DNA from: a virus
Taxonomy: Duplodnaviria; Heunggongvirae; Uroviricota; Caudoviricetes
IMG/VR virus record: IMGVR_UViG_2821013286_000001
Location: 1 to 64,000 of that record
Direction: 5' to 3' (one strand)
DNA length: 64,000 bases
Under the pieces are notes generated by a model, which ran no database searches, had not been told where the DNA came from, and saw only the letters and a program-made list of their open reading frames with translations. The translations under genes and the position numbers were made by a program. Numbering within the stretch: the stretch's first letter is position 1; the number at the start of each line of letters is the position of its first letter. This document shows positions 53,531 through 62,762 of this stretch, piece by piece.

Positions 53531-53953
53531 ATGAATAGCGACGAGAACACGGAGAGCAACGTAATCGACATGCGTAAATTTCGGGAAACCGGAAAGCGCG
53601 TGTCGCTCGACGCTATTCAGGAAACCAAGACCGAGAAAAAGGAAGTCGCGCTTGATGAAGTGAAAGGCCGGATAGCCGAGTATCTCGCCAACCTGACTAA
53701 GCTGGCAGAGCAGGGGAGGCTGGAAAGTATCGTCATTGTTGCCAGCTCCACTGACGGTCCCTTTCACATGAACACGATCATCGATCCACGATGCTCGAAC
53801 ATGACGCAGGCTTACACCATGGCTGGCGCGCTCGATTCAGCACGTCTGCAAATGCTCGATATGAGCGCATGGGCACCTGAGCTTCTCGAAGATGGCAGCA
53901 CATTTGAGCAGGACGATTTTAGCACCGAATTTATTGAGGAAGATGATGAGTGA
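53531..53953 (+). CDS. hypothetical protein
   Basis: ATG 53531 within track ORF 53453..53953. Confidence 0.4.
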   Translation: MNSDENTESNVIDMRKFRETGKRVSLDAIQETKTEKKEVALDEVKGRIAEYLANLTKLAEQGRLESIVIVASSTDGPFHMNTIIDPRCSNMTQAYTMAGALDSARLQMLDMSAWAPELLEDGSTFEQDDFSTEFIEEDDE

Positions 53954-54611
53954 GTACGTAATTGATCGTGCTTTCACGACATCCGTGGACCGCACACCGC
54001 GCGTTCTGGAAGTCGCTGAAGCATTTGGCCTGGGTCTGTCGGACAAGAAATTCGTGATTTACGACAATCTGGCGCTAGAAGTTTCGCCAGGCGATGTCGT
54101 TTATATCACTGGACAGTCAGGCTCCGGCAAATCACTCCTGCTGCGCGACCTGTCACAGAAAATGCGCGAAAGCGGTCTGAAGGTAGCGGATCTCAACGAG
54201 GTCGAGCTTCCGGATGTTCCGGTCATCGAATCTCTGGGAGAAAGCACTCTCGAAGCGACGGAATTGCTGGCGAAGGCCGGCATTTCGGACGCCTACATTT
54301 ATATTCGCAAACCAGGCGAGCTGTCGGACGGCCAAAGATACCGCCTGAAGCTGGCAAAAGTCATGGAACAGGACGCGGATGTGTGGATTGCCGACGAATT
54401 CGGCGCCATCCTGGACCGCGTGACCGCCAAGGCTGTTGCATTCAACATGGCAAAAGTTGCGCGCCGCCTCGGCAAGATCTTCATGGTCGCCACGACGCAC
54501 ACGGATCTTGTGTCCGAGCTGGCGCCGAACCTTTTCATCGACAAGCGTTTCCGTGAGAAAGTGAATATCGAGCGCACGGACATTGTGGAGGCTCTCAATG
54601 TCGCTGCTTGA
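53950..54611 (+). CDS. P-loop ATPase
   Basis: Walker A GQSGSGKS, Walker B VWIADEFGAILD; ATGA overlap. Confidence 0.55.
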
Positions 54612-54855
54612 CAAAATGGCTCTGTTTTTTGCCGAAGCAAACTATTTTCTGATGATTGCAACAAAGGGCTACCAGCTTGAAGGCATTTTTATCGTCGCTG
54701 CGATCCTGATTGTCGCGCTGGCCTTGATTGTCGGCCTTGTCTGGCTTGTTTTTGACGTGTTCTGGTCGCTGTTCAAGCATATCAGCGCGAAGCTGTTCAA
54801 AAACAGGTCAGAAACCGACACAGAAGCTCAGGGGAGCGATCCGAATGCATCCTGA
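54598..54855 (+). CDS. small membrane protein
   Basis: Two TM helices (IFIVAAILIVALALIVGLVWLVF). Confidence 0.35.
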   Translation: MSLLDKMALFFAEANYFLMIATKGYQLEGIFIVAAILIVALALIVGLVWLVFDVFWSLFKHISAKLFKNRSETDTEAQGSDPNAS

Positions 54856-55717
54856 GTACGAGACGATCTTAAAATACGAACGCTCGCCAGTGCAGCGTTT
54901 TGAGCTTTTGGATGAAATGATGGTGGAGCCTGGCTCCGTCGAAGATTGGGATCTTCTGCACGACCTTCACTACAAGGCCGAGAAGCTGCCTATTGGTCCG
55001 CATTTCTTCAAGCTCACGCTGCGCGGCGATACAATTGGCGTCCTCGTAACTGGCGTTGCAAAGGGCATGGTGCGTGAGCGCAACATGGTCTTTCCGAACC
55101 TGAAGCCAGGCGCAGGCGAGACCAAGCTGACCAACACGAACCGTTACCACTACATCAACCGGAATTTCCGCGTTGTGTCGCGCTTTGTCGTGGACACGAT
55201 GTACCGCGGTATCGGCTGCGGCTACCGGATGATGAATCTGGTCTCGCGTATGGAAGGCATGCAGTTCATCGAAATCCAGTCGTCTATGTCGAAGTTCAAT
55301 TACTTCGGCCAGAAGGCAGGCTTCCATTTCGTCAAGCCAATGAACGCCAACAATCACGAGAAGGTCATGCGCTTCTTCCGCAAGAACTTCAAATCCAACC
55401 CGCAGGATTTCGAGGCTCTTGTGCAGGAGGCTGAAGCTATGTCCGCCGAGCACCAGGAAGAGCTTCTTGTCGTTCTGAAGGAATTCTACGGCGGCAGCTC
55501 TGCATTGGAGAACACGACGCGCGGCGGCGTGCAGGCCGAAGGTCGTATTGCGCGCATGACGATCCGCGATTGCATCAAGGGCATTCAGCAGATTGGTCTG
55601 GCTTCACCGATGTACGGCATCTGGCGCAATCCGGATTTCAAGCGCGACATTCCGAAGATCCTGCCGCTGTCGGCATTCGACAATCAAAAGCCCACCGAAA
55701 AACTGGTGCTGCCATGA
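54845..55717 (+). CDS. GNAT-like acetyltransferase-fold protein
   Basis: RFVVDTMYRGIGCGYRMMN resembles GNAT motif A (V...YRG.GIG..L). Confidence 0.4.
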   Translation: MHPEYETILKYERSPVQRFELLDEMMVEPGSVEDWDLLHDLHYKAEKLPIGPHFFKLTLRGDTIGVLVTGVAKGMVRERNMVFPNLKPGAGETKLTNTNRYHYINRNFRVVSRFVVDTMYRGIGCGYRMMNLVSRMEGMQFIEIQSSMSKFNYFGQKAGFHFVKPMNANNHEKVMRFFRKNFKSNPQDFEALVQEAEAMSAEHQEELLVVLKEFYGGSSALENTTRGGVQAEGRIARMTIRDCIKGIQQIGLASPMYGIWRNPDFKRDIPKILPLSAFDNQKPTEKLVLP

Positions 55718-55968
55718 GAATTCCGGTCCAGCGATCCAAGAAGCAGAAAGAGATCATGAGCTACATCCTGAAAGGGATGGATGCCGGCACACCGGAGACA
55801 TACGAGTCTCTGGCCGCCAAGCTGTCATATGGTCCAAGCTACGATGCGCTCCGCGTCTCAATCGCTTTCCTGAAGAAGCACAGCATGGTTGAGGTCCGCA
55901 GGGTAGGTCACGTTGCGGAACTGCTTCCGACCTCCGAGAGCTACTACTATTTCCGCAAGCTGACGTGA
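55717..55968 (+). CDS. small putative DNA-binding protein
   Basis: 83 aa, basic N-terminus, helix-rich; immediately upstream of the terminase small-subunit candidate. Confidence 0.35.
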   Translation, partial: RIPVQRSKKQKEIMSYILKGMDAGTPETYESLAAKLSYGPSYDALRVSIAFLKKHSMVEVRRVGHVAELLPTSESYYYFRKLT

Positions 55969-56060
55969 AAGCGTCCCGCAGAGTTTCAGATTTTAGGATC
56001 AGGACGCAGCGTTTCAAAAATCCGCGCGATGTAAATTAAGATAAATATATAAGAGTTAGT

Positions 56061-56118
56061 ATTATATTATATATATACATCGCACGGCATTGAAACACGG
56101 CTAAAATGTGTCGAGACG
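56061..56118 (+). repeat. 55-bp element copy B
   Basis: attatattatatatatacatcgcacggcattgaaacacggctaaaatgtgtcgagacg; about 80 nt upstream of the terminase small-subunit gene; about 80% identical to copy A. Confidence 0.55.
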
Positions 56119-56163
56119 TAACCATAGGTTGCGGAATTGACATCTGTTCCTGAAATCATCATA

Positions 56164-56187
56164 CTGTATAAATATTTATACAATTTT
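56164..56187. promoter_or_regulatory. palindromic intergenic element (contains TATAAATA)
   Basis: ctgTATAAATATTTATACAatttt, 13 nt before the terminase small-subunit ATG. Confidence 0.5.
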
Positions 56188-56199
56188 TGAGCCGTTTTT

Positions 56200-56850
56200 A
56201 TGAGTGATTTTGAGGAAGCTGCGGATAGCGCAGATGATGCTTCCAAGCCGATTAGAAAGCTGACGGACGCGGATTTCGCAGAGGCCGTCAATCTGTATGA
56301 GTTGGGCAAGGCTGGCATCACCGAGCTTGCGGCCAGGTACGGCTGTTCGCGTCAGAATCTCTCCGATCGCTTCAAACGTGCCGGCGTCAAGAAATCCTCC
56401 CGCGTTCATGAGCTGACTGATGCCGCTGCGGCAGCAAGCCGAAAGGAAGCTGAAGCAGCGGCAGCCGCAGCGCAGCGTTTCGCCAACCGCCGCGCCGACA
56501 TGATCGAAGAAGTTCGAATGTCTGGGCTGAATGCGCTCAAGCAAGCGCGAATGCTCGCCCAGAAATCAGTTGTCGATGCGGTGAAGTCAGGAAGACCGGT
56601 TGCAGTCGCGGAAGACGACCTGAAGTCTCTACAGCGCTTTAACAAGCTATTGGTCGATAACATCGAAAGCTCTTTGCGCATTCTCAAAGCCGACGACCAC
56701 GTGGACGACACTGATCTGCCAAATCTCGTGATCGCAAATCTAACGGATGAAGAAATTCTGGCTCATCACAAATCCACCGGCGCTTTGCCGGAGGACGCAA
56801 CGCTTGATGACCTCAATCTTCAGGATTCGATCGGGCTTGAGGACGAATAA
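56200..56850 (+). CDS. terminase small subunit (putative)
   Basis: N-terminal HTH (ELAARYGCSRQNLSDRFKRAG), central Ala-rich coiled region, acidic C-terminus; directly upstream of the large terminase. Confidence 0.5.
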   Translation: MSDFEEAADSADDASKPIRKLTDADFAEAVNLYELGKAGITELAARYGCSRQNLSDRFKRAGVKKSSRVHELTDAAAAASRKEAEAAAAAAQRFANRRADMIEEVRMSGLNALKQARMLAQKSVVDAVKSGRPVAVAEDDLKSLQRFNKLLVDNIESSLRILKADDHVDDTDLPNLVIANLTDEEILAHHKSTGALPEDATLDDLNLQDSIGLEDE

Positions 56851-56853
56851 TCC

Positions 56854-58125
56854 GTGGCCGATCTTAATCAGTACGTCAAACTTCATCGCGGTCAGGCTCT
56901 CGTTATGCGGGACCGTCGGCGTTTTCGCGTTGTTGTAGCTGGCCGCCGTTGGGGAAAGACACGCCTTTCCCAGACCTGTTTGATTACGGCAGCTGGTAAT
57001 CCAAAAAGTCTCGTCTGGTACGTTGCGCCGACCTATCAGATGGCGCGAGACATTATGTGGGATGAGCTGAAAGCAGCCGTTCCGCAAGCTTGGATGGCTC
57101 GGCCGCCAAACGAAACACGCATGATCATCTATCTGCTGAACGGCGCACGCATTCAGCTGAAGGGTGCGGATAAACCGGACACGCTGCGCGGCGTCGGCCT
57201 GACATTTGTTGTGATCGATGAGGCGCAGGATATTCGTGAGACGACCTGGCAGGAAGTTCTACTGCCGACGCTCGCCTCTACCAATGGCCGTGCACTGATC
57301 ATCGGCACGCCAAAAGCCTATAACTGGCTCTATGACAAATACGTTCTCGGTCAGCGCGGCGACACCTACAAGGACGAAAAAGGAAACATCGTCGCCAATG
57401 AATGGCGCTCGTGGCAGTTTCCGACCATCACGTCGCCATTTATTCCGCGTGCAGAAATCGAAGCGCGTCGCGCCGATATGGACCCTCGCTCGTTCCGCCA
57501 GGAGTTCGAGGCATCGTTCGAAACCATGTCTGGCCGCGTTTACTACGCCTTCGACCGCAACTTGCATGTTGATGACCTGGCAATCGACAAGACATTGCCG
57601 CTCTATATCGGCATGGACTTCAATATCGATCCGATGTCGGCTGTTGTCTTGCAGGAGCAGAAGAACGGCGAGATATGGGCGATTGATGAGATCGTACTTT
57701 ACGGCTCGAATGCCGAAGAGACAGGCGACGAAATCATGTCGCGCTATTTCAAATACGCCAACAGCATGTCGCTCTATCCAGATCCGGCCGGCAACAACCG
57801 CAACCACGATCGCGGCGAGTCCTCTATCGACATTCTGCGCGAGCAGGGCTTCAAGCATATCTATTTCAAGCGCAAGCACCCTGCCGTTCAGGACCGCGTG
57901 GCCTCTGTGAATCGCCTGCTGATGTCGGCTGACGGTCAGGTTCGGCTGCGCGTGGACCGGAAGTGCAAAAAGCTGATCGATAGTCTTGAACAGACCATCT
58001 ACAAGCCAGGCACCAAGGAAGTTGACAAGTCGCTAGGCGTCGAGCACGTGACCGATGCTTTGGGCTACTTTACCGATTATCGTCATCCTGTTCGCAAGGC
58101 TCGTATTCTGGGTGTCGAACTTTGA
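56854..58125 (+). CDS. terminase large subunit
   Basis: Walker A VVAGRRWGKT, Walker B FVVIDEAQD, C-terminal RNase-H-like nuclease region (IGMDFNIDPMSAVVLQE); GTG start. Confidence 0.8.
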   Translation: MADLNQYVKLHRGQALVMRDRRRFRVVVAGRRWGKTRLSQTCLITAAGNPKSLVWYVAPTYQMARDIMWDELKAAVPQAWMARPPNETRMIIYLLNGARIQLKGADKPDTLRGVGLTFVVIDEAQDIRETTWQEVLLPTLASTNGRALIIGTPKAYNWLYDKYVLGQRGDTYKDEKGNIVANEWRSWQFPTITSPFIPRAEIEARRADMDPRSFRQEFEASFETMSGRVYYAFDRNLHVDDLAIDKTLPLYIGMDFNIDPMSAVVLQEQKNGEIWAIDEIVLYGSNAEETGDEIMSRYFKYANSMSLYPDPAGNNRNHDRGESSIDILREQGFKHIYFKRKHPAVQDRVASVNRLLMSADGQVRLRVDRKCKKLIDSLEQTIYKPGTKEVDKSLGVEHVTDALGYFTDYRHPVRKARILGVEL

Positions 58126-58128
58126 CCT

Positions 58129-58160
58129 TGTATATGGATAAACGTTTATATACACTATAG
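58129..58160. promoter_or_regulatory. palindromic intergenic element
   Basis: tatggaTAAACGTTTATATACActatagg between terminase large subunit and portal. Confidence 0.5.
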
Positions 58161-58192
58161 GCATATTTTATTCGTTCATTTGAGAGATTGCC

Positions 58193-59806
58193 TTGTCTGA
58201 ATCATTGGAAATGCTGTCTGAGTTTTACTTCAGACGGCACCCAGAATACGACCAGAAGCTGGATCACTGGCGCTTTTGCCGTGCTACCTACAAAGGTGGC
58301 CGCGAGTGGTTTGCTGGCAACATCTTCAAATACTACAAGGAAGGCACTCGCGAATACCGCAAGCGCATCGAGCGCGCCTACCGCTTCAATCACACCAAGG
58401 AAGTCGTTGAGCTTGTCCAGAAATATCTGTTCAAGGCTCCGGTTCAGCGTTCGCCTGACGCTCATGACCTCATCAAGAAGTTCTGGGCAAAGGCCACTCT
58501 TGCAGGCGGCGATATCGACACGCTCGTGCGCGCCGGTTCAACGTCCAACTCGCTGACCGGCATTTGCGCGGTCGTGGTGGACAACAATGCACCGCTCGAT
58601 GACAAGGCCGCGATCTCGATCAAGGATGCGGAGGATATCAGTATCTATGCCTATATCGTGGACGCAGAAGACGTTCTCGATTGGGCCTACGATGAAGATG
58701 GCGACGGTCAGCTTCTTTGGGTAAAGATCCGCGAATTCGTTCGCGATGACGCCGACTATCTGAATTCTACTGGCGATCTGGTTGAGCGTGTCCGCGTATG
58801 GACACGCAAAGAGTGGATCTTGTACGAGCCGCGCTCCACGAAGGCGCTACCTGGCGTCGGACGCACGGCCAATCAGAAGCGTACTGGCATTTCTGTCATC
58901 GAGACGAAGCGCGGCACGCATGACCTTGGTTTCGTTCCTGTCGAGCTGTTCCGTCACACTCCGACTGAGGAGCCTTACGCGTGTTCGTCGCTGATTGACG
59001 AGATTTCCTATCTCGACCGCACGGTCGCCAACTACCTTTCGAACCTCGACGCCATTATTCAGGACCAGACGTTCTCGCAGCTTGCCATTCCGGCTCAGTC
59101 GGTATCGAGCGCTGACGACGACAACAAGAAAGTCCTGGAAATGTCGACGAAGCGCGTCTTCACCTATGACGGTGGCGCCGGTTCGCATTCAAAACCTGAA
59201 TTCATTTCGCCTGATCCCAAACAGGCAGGCGTTATTCTCGATGTGATCAATAAGATCATCAGCGAAATTTACCACACGATCGGCCTTGCTGGTGAGCGCA
59301 CCAAAGAGGACAACTCGGTCGGTATCGATAACAGCTCCGGTGTCGCTAAGGCATATGACTTCGAGCGCGTGAACGCACTGCTGCGTTCCAAAGCTCTCAT
59401 GTGCGAGAAGCTGGAGAACTGGCTTGTCAAATGCGTTCTCGCTTATGCTGGAGAAGAGACCGCAGTTGACGAAAAGCTTGTCACTTATCCGTCCACGTTC
59501 GACGTAATGCGGCTGGCGGATGAGCTGACAACTGCGGAGGCACTTCAGAAGATCTCGGCACCTGATGAAGTCCGTCAACTCCAAATGAAAAACCTGACCA
59601 AGAAGCTGTTTCCGCAGATCGACAAGAAAGCGGAACAGAAGATTGGCAAGTCTATTGACGATTGGAAGCCTTCCGAAGTGGCGAAAACAGCAGCGCCATT
59701 TGGGAACGATCCAGCCGCCAAGGGCAAACAACCGTCTGATAAGGACAAGTCCGTAGCGCAGCCGAAGCGTCAGGGACAGGTCACGAAGGACACCCCATCT
59801 AAGTAA
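58193..59806 (+). CDS. portal protein (putative)
   Basis: 537 aa, immediately downstream of the large terminase in canonical order; start ambiguous (TTG 58193 or ATG 58211). Confidence 0.5.
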   Translation: MSESLEMLSEFYFRRHPEYDQKLDHWRFCRATYKGGREWFAGNIFKYYKEGTREYRKRIERAYRFNHTKEVVELVQKYLFKAPVQRSPDAHDLIKKFWAKATLAGGDIDTLVRAGSTSNSLTGICAVVVDNNAPLDDKAAISIKDAEDISIYAYIVDAEDVLDWAYDEDGDGQLLWVKIREFVRDDADYLNSTGDLVERVRVWTRKEWILYEPRSTKALPGVGRTANQKRTGISVIETKRGTHDLGFVPVELFRHTPTEEPYACSSLIDEISYLDRTVANYLSNLDAIIQDQTFSQLAIPAQSVSSADDDNKKVLEMSTKRVFTYDGGAGSHSKPEFISPDPKQAGVILDVINKIISEIYHTIGLAGERTKEDNSVGIDNSSGVAKAYDFERVNALLRSKALMCEKLENWLVKCVLAYAGEETAVDEKLVTYPSTFDVMRLADELTTAEALQKISAPDEVRQLQMKNLTKKLFPQIDKKAEQKIGKSIDDWKPSEVAKTAAPFGNDPAAKGKQPSDKDKSVAQPKRQGQVTKDTPSK

Positions 59807-59905
59807 TTGGCGAGAGACTGTCCAATTGCTGCATCAATTTTCAACAGAAGGCCAAGAGACCGGCCACTCTAGCGATCCGAGAGACTGGATCAGGAGATTT
59901 TTAAA

Positions 59906-60802
59906 ATGCATATTTTGATGAATAAATACCTCGCACGCATGCCGCTTTGGGAGCCGGAAGGTAAAAGCGGCGGTGGCGGTGATGGCAAGGACGGCCAGGA
60001 TGGCAATGAACCTGCCAAGACCACAGACGAAGACAAGGGCGGTGATCGCAAGTCCGGCGACGATGACGAGGGAAAGGGTGACGGCGAAGGCGGCGACGAT
60101 GAGGTTGTTGAACTTCGCAAGAAGCTGAAGGAGCGCGACGACGAGAATGCGCGCCTGCTCCGCGAAAGCATGAAGCGCAAGGACGAACTGAAGAAGTTCG
60201 CTGGCATCGATCCTGCGCGCTACAATGAGCTTGTCAGTCAGGAAGACCAGGCGCGTCAGGCCAAGGAAGACGCTGACCGCACCGCTGCCGAAAAGGCTGG
60301 CGATTTTGAGCGCGTCAAGCAGATGATGGCTGACAGCCACAAGAAGGAAACCGACAAGCTTCAGGAGCAGATCGACGCGCTGACGGCACAGATCGGCGAT
60401 AAGGACAAGACGATTGAAGAGCTGTCGCTCGGCAATTCATTCTCATCCAGCTCGTTCATTGGTGAAAACCTGATCCTGTCGCCTGCCAAGGCTCGCAAGC
60501 TCTACGGCTCGCATTTCGAAATCGAAGACGGCAAGGTCATCGGTTACGACAAGCCTGCTGGCGCAAAGGACCGCACAAAGCTCGTCAATGGCGCAGGAGT
60601 TGCGCTCGGCTTCGAAGCTGCAATCGCTGCAATCGTGGACGCTGACAGCGATAAGAACACGATCATGAAGTCGAAGATGAAGCCTGGCTCTGGATCTCGC
60701 ACCAATTCAGGCGGCGACAAAGAGCCTGCCAAGAAGGGTGACGGTCTCACCGGAATTGCTCGAATGCGTGCTTCTGCCAGTAATTTCGTAGGCGGCAAGT
60801 AA
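59906..60802 (+). CDS. scaffolding protein (putative)
   Basis: Gly/Asp/Lys-rich low-complexity N-terminus, long charged coiled coil, positioned between portal and major capsid; terminator downstream. Confidence 0.45.
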   Translation: MHILMNKYLARMPLWEPEGKSGGGGDGKDGQDGNEPAKTTDEDKGGDRKSGDDDEGKGDGEGGDDEVVELRKKLKERDDENARLLRESMKRKDELKKFAGIDPARYNELVSQEDQARQAKEDADRTAAEKAGDFERVKQMMADSHKKETDKLQEQIDALTAQIGDKDKTIEELSLGNSFSSSSFIGENLILSPAKARKLYGSHFEIEDGKVIGYDKPAGAKDRTKLVNGAGVALGFEAAIAAIVDADSDKNTIMKSKMKPGSGSRTNSGGDKEPAKKGDGLTGIARMRASASNFVGGK

Positions 60803-60825
60803 CAATCCAGATCACTGAAAAGATA

Positions 60826-60858
60826 AGGCGCGGTATAGCTCACCGCGCCTTTCGTTTT
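60826..60858 (+). terminator. rho-independent terminator after the scaffold gene
   Basis: AAGGCGCGGT-atagctc-ACCGCGCCTT TCGTTTTG. Confidence 0.6.
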
Positions 60859-60873
60859 GCAGCGCTTAGGCTG

Positions 60874-60902
60874 CAATATAAATAAATGTTTACATATATA
60901 GG
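60874..60902. promoter_or_regulatory. palindromic intergenic element (contains TATAAATA)
   Basis: caataTAAATAAATGTTTACAtatatagg upstream of the major capsid gene. Confidence 0.5.
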
Positions 60903-61000
60903 ATGATCGCTTACAATGCCATCCCAGGTTAAGGCGTTTATACCGACGTCTATACAACCGAGACATTTTTTATGAATTTTTAATTTGGAGTTTTTCGAAA

Positions 61001-61900
61001 ATGCCACTGCTGTTGTCTGAAGCATCCAAGCTGAGTCGTGATGACTTTCAGCGGGGTGTGGTAGAAGAAATCGTAACCGAGGACGCTCTTTATTCGCTGC
61101 TTCCTTTTGTCGGTACTGAAAACCGCGTTTACTCGTACACCCGCGAAGGCGTGAATGCTGAAGGTGCATGGGTTGAAGCCTACGAAGAGCTTGAAGAAAG
61201 CGCCTCGACCTTCGTGGAAGTCGACACTCGCATCAAGGCGCTCATTGGTCAGGTGGATATGGATAACCTCACGGTTATTTCCGAATCCAACATCAATGAT
61301 CAGGTCGCTTTGCAGGTCGCCGCGAAGGCAAAGGGCATGTCCCGCCAGTTCCGCTCGGCACTCATCAATGGTAGCGCGACTACCAATAACAAGCAGTTCG
61401 ATGGCATCAAGAACCTCATCGTTCCGACGCAGACGCTCGATGCAGAAGGTTCTGCCGTTACGCTAGCTATGCTGGACGAGCTGAAGGACAAGGTTCCGCT
61501 CGGCGCCGACTTCTTCATGATGCGTCGCGGCACCTGGCGCGCTATCAAGGGTCTTCTGCGTGCAATGGGCGGCAACACCGCTGAACACGTCATGCTGGAA
61601 AATTTCGGCCAGCCGGTTCCTGTCTACGACGGCATCCCGGTTCTGTTCTCGGAATTCATCGGCACCGACAAGGGCGCTGCTGAAGGCGATCCGGAAACCA
61701 CTTCGATCTACGCGATCCGCGCAAACGAAGTTGACGGCGTCCATGGCATCTTCGTTGGCGGCAATGCCGGTCTCGAAGTCAAGGCTATGGGCGACCTCGA
61801 AGATTTTGACGCTCAGCGTTATCGTCTTCGTTGGTATGCCGGTCTCGCTCTGAAGGCCACTCATTCCTGCGCTCGCATTAAGGGTCTCACCAACCTTTAA
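61001..61900 (+). CDS. major capsid protein (HK97-fold size class)
   Basis: 299 aa; bracketed by intrinsic terminators and a strong promoter-like element; position after scaffold. Confidence 0.6.
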   Translation: MPLLLSEASKLSRDDFQRGVVEEIVTEDALYSLLPFVGTENRVYSYTREGVNAEGAWVEAYEELEESASTFVEVDTRIKALIGQVDMDNLTVISESNINDQVALQVAAKAKGMSRQFRSALINGSATTNNKQFDGIKNLIVPTQTLDAEGSAVTLAMLDELKDKVPLGADFFMMRRGTWRAIKGLLRAMGGNTAEHVMLENFGQPVPVYDGIPVLFSEFIGTDKGAAEGDPETTSIYAIRANEVDGVHGIFVGGNAGLEVKAMGDLEDFDAQRYRLRWYAGLALKATHSCARIKGLTNL

Positions 61901-61904
61901 TCTT

Positions 61905-61934
61905 GAGTATGGATAAACATTTATCTACAATTGG
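61905..61934. promoter_or_regulatory. palindromic intergenic element
   Basis: gagtatggaTAAACATTTATCTACAattgg after the major capsid gene. Confidence 0.5.
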
Positions 61935-61961
61935 GGCAGGATTACCTGCCCCTTTTGTTTT
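61933..61961 (+). terminator. rho-independent terminator after the major capsid gene
   Basis: GGGGCAGG-atta-CCTGCCCC TTTTGTTTT. Confidence 0.65.
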
Positions 61962-61974
61962 GAGGATATTTTAA

Positions 61975-62760
61975 ATGGACGATTTTAAGCGCATTCGCAT
62001 CATCGAGCCTGCTTATGCCAAGTATAGCGGCGAACTCGGCATCGTGATTTTCAAGGACGGTCTCTCGGTAGAGAAGTGGCCGCCGCATGTTCGTAACCGC
62101 CTTGCAGCTGCCATGCGCGTTGCCGAGGTCGATGAGGACGGTACGATCACCGCTGCCGGCGCAGCTGAGGAAATGCTCCGCAACCGATTGTCCCAGGCAG
62201 TTGTTGCCAAGCCGTTGCGTGTGCAGACGCATGCAGAGAAACTTGCCGAGCTGATCGAGACGGCTACCGGTGAGAAGCAGCCGGCTCCTTTCTATACAGA
62301 AGATGAGCTGGAAGAAGTTGCTCGCGAGAAGAAGCGGCAGGGATTGATCGAGATCGCTGCGAAATGGCGCATTCGCGCGACCAACATTCCGGCCCTCATC
62401 AATGGCATCCTTGACGCGCAGGAGAAGTACAAGGAACGCACCGAAGGCAAGGCCAGCTCCGTTCGTGCTCGTTACGAGGCAGAAAATGGCGCGGCTCTCA
62501 AAAAGGAAACCGAAGCGACCGCCGACACCAAGGCCGCAGAAGTCATTGAGTCTGCAAAGACTGAAGAGCCGAAGAAGCGTGGCCGCCCTGCAAAACAGGC
62601 AGGTACGAAGCAAAAAGCAACCGTCAAGGCCGCGAAGGTGCCGGACCCTGAGTTTGTCGGTTACACGCCTGTCAAGCCCGTCGTGGTTGTTGACAAGGAT
62701 GCAGTGAAGGCCGCAGCCATCACTGGCGATCTCTCTGCAGCTTTGAACAACGGAGAGTAA
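61975..62760 (+). CDS. head-associated protein with Lys/Ala-rich C-terminus
   Basis: 261 aa; C-terminal KKRGRPAKQAGTKQKATVKAAK. Confidence 0.4.
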   Translation: MDDFKRIRIIEPAYAKYSGELGIVIFKDGLSVEKWPPHVRNRLAAAMRVAEVDEDGTITAAGAAEEMLRNRLSQAVVAKPLRVQTHAEKLAELIETATGEKQPAPFYTEDELEEVAREKKRQGLIEIAAKWRIRATNIPALINGILDAQEKYKERTEGKASSVRARYEAENGAALKKETEATADTKAAEVIESAKTEEPKKRGRPAKQAGTKQKATVKAAKVPDPEFVGYTPVKPVVVVDKDAVKAAAITGDLSAALNNGE

Positions 62761-62762
62761 TC

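Noticed and set aside
49192-56187. Resemblance of CTGTATAAA...ATACAG-like copies to the E. coli LexA box CTGT-N8-ACAG
   Set aside because: Spacing is wrong: the copies are TGTA-N10-TACA and most lack terminal CTG/CAG. The element precedes almost every operon, which is not expected of an SOS regulon.
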